Origin: Macrostomum lignano
Lineage: Eukaryota
Length of the DNA: 64,000 bases
NCBI GenBank assembly: GCA_002269645.1
Contig: NIVC01001310.1
Coordinates: 124,001-188,000 of the forward strand
Reading direction: 5' to 3'
This document shows, piece after piece, positions 63,630 through 64,000 of this stretch (the first letter of the stretch is position 1; each line of letters begins with the position of its first letter). Below the pieces are notes generated by a model. It searched no databases. It worked only from the letters and a program-made list of their open reading frames with translations, and was not told the origin of the DNA. The translations under genes were made by a program, and so were the position numbers.

Positions 63630-64000
63630 AGAAATGGGTAAGATAAGGCAGATAGGGATAGGGGAGACAAAATTGGAGATAGGGAGAGGGAGATAGGGAA
63701 GAGAGAGATAGGGGAGAGGGAGATAGGGGAGACGGAGATAGGGGAGACGGAGATGGGGGAGACGGAGATGGGGAAGAGGGAGATAGGGGAGACGGAGATA
63801 GGGGAGAGGGAGATAGGGGAGAGGAAGGCAGGGGAGGGGTAGATAGTTGAGAGGGAGATACATAAGAGGGAAATAGGGGAGAGGGTGATGGGGAAGAGGG
63901 AGATAAGGGAGAGGGAGACAGGGGAGACTGAGATAAGACAGAGGGAGATACATTACAGGTGGATAAGAGGGATAAGTAGATAATGGATAAGTGATTGTTA
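63630..64000. repeat. G/A-rich 15-bp array (GGGAGATAGGGGAGA) downstream of NUDCD3
   Basis: Direct reading. Confidence 0.88.

Overview
Eukaryotic (invertebrate) genomic DNA with GT-AG introns and a high repeat load. The style is compatible with a free-living flatworm such as Macrostomum, but that is an inference only. From left to right the window holds: (1) the 3' part of a Ty3/Gypsy LTR retrotransposon (PR-RT-RH-IN with one frameshift), which carries an extra ORF between integrase and the polypurine tract encoding a predicted N-myristoylated tandem-RING protein; (2) a U1-type zinc-finger exon; (3) a 4-exon glucuronosyltransferase (B3GAT/GlcAT); (4) about 12 kb of AT-rich DNA with MITEs and a decayed Gypsy; (5) three tandem, two-exon TRPV5/6-like channel genes with an apparent gene-conversion tract and a 2-kb foldback/MULE-like element (9-bp TSD) between them; (6) a co-directional run of BCS1, ACBD6, SOAT and NUDCD3. 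Most introns longer than about 100 bp contain their own minisatellite. Three copies of a tRNA-derived SINE are present. Exon boundaries were read by eye from GT/AG sites and frame continuity.
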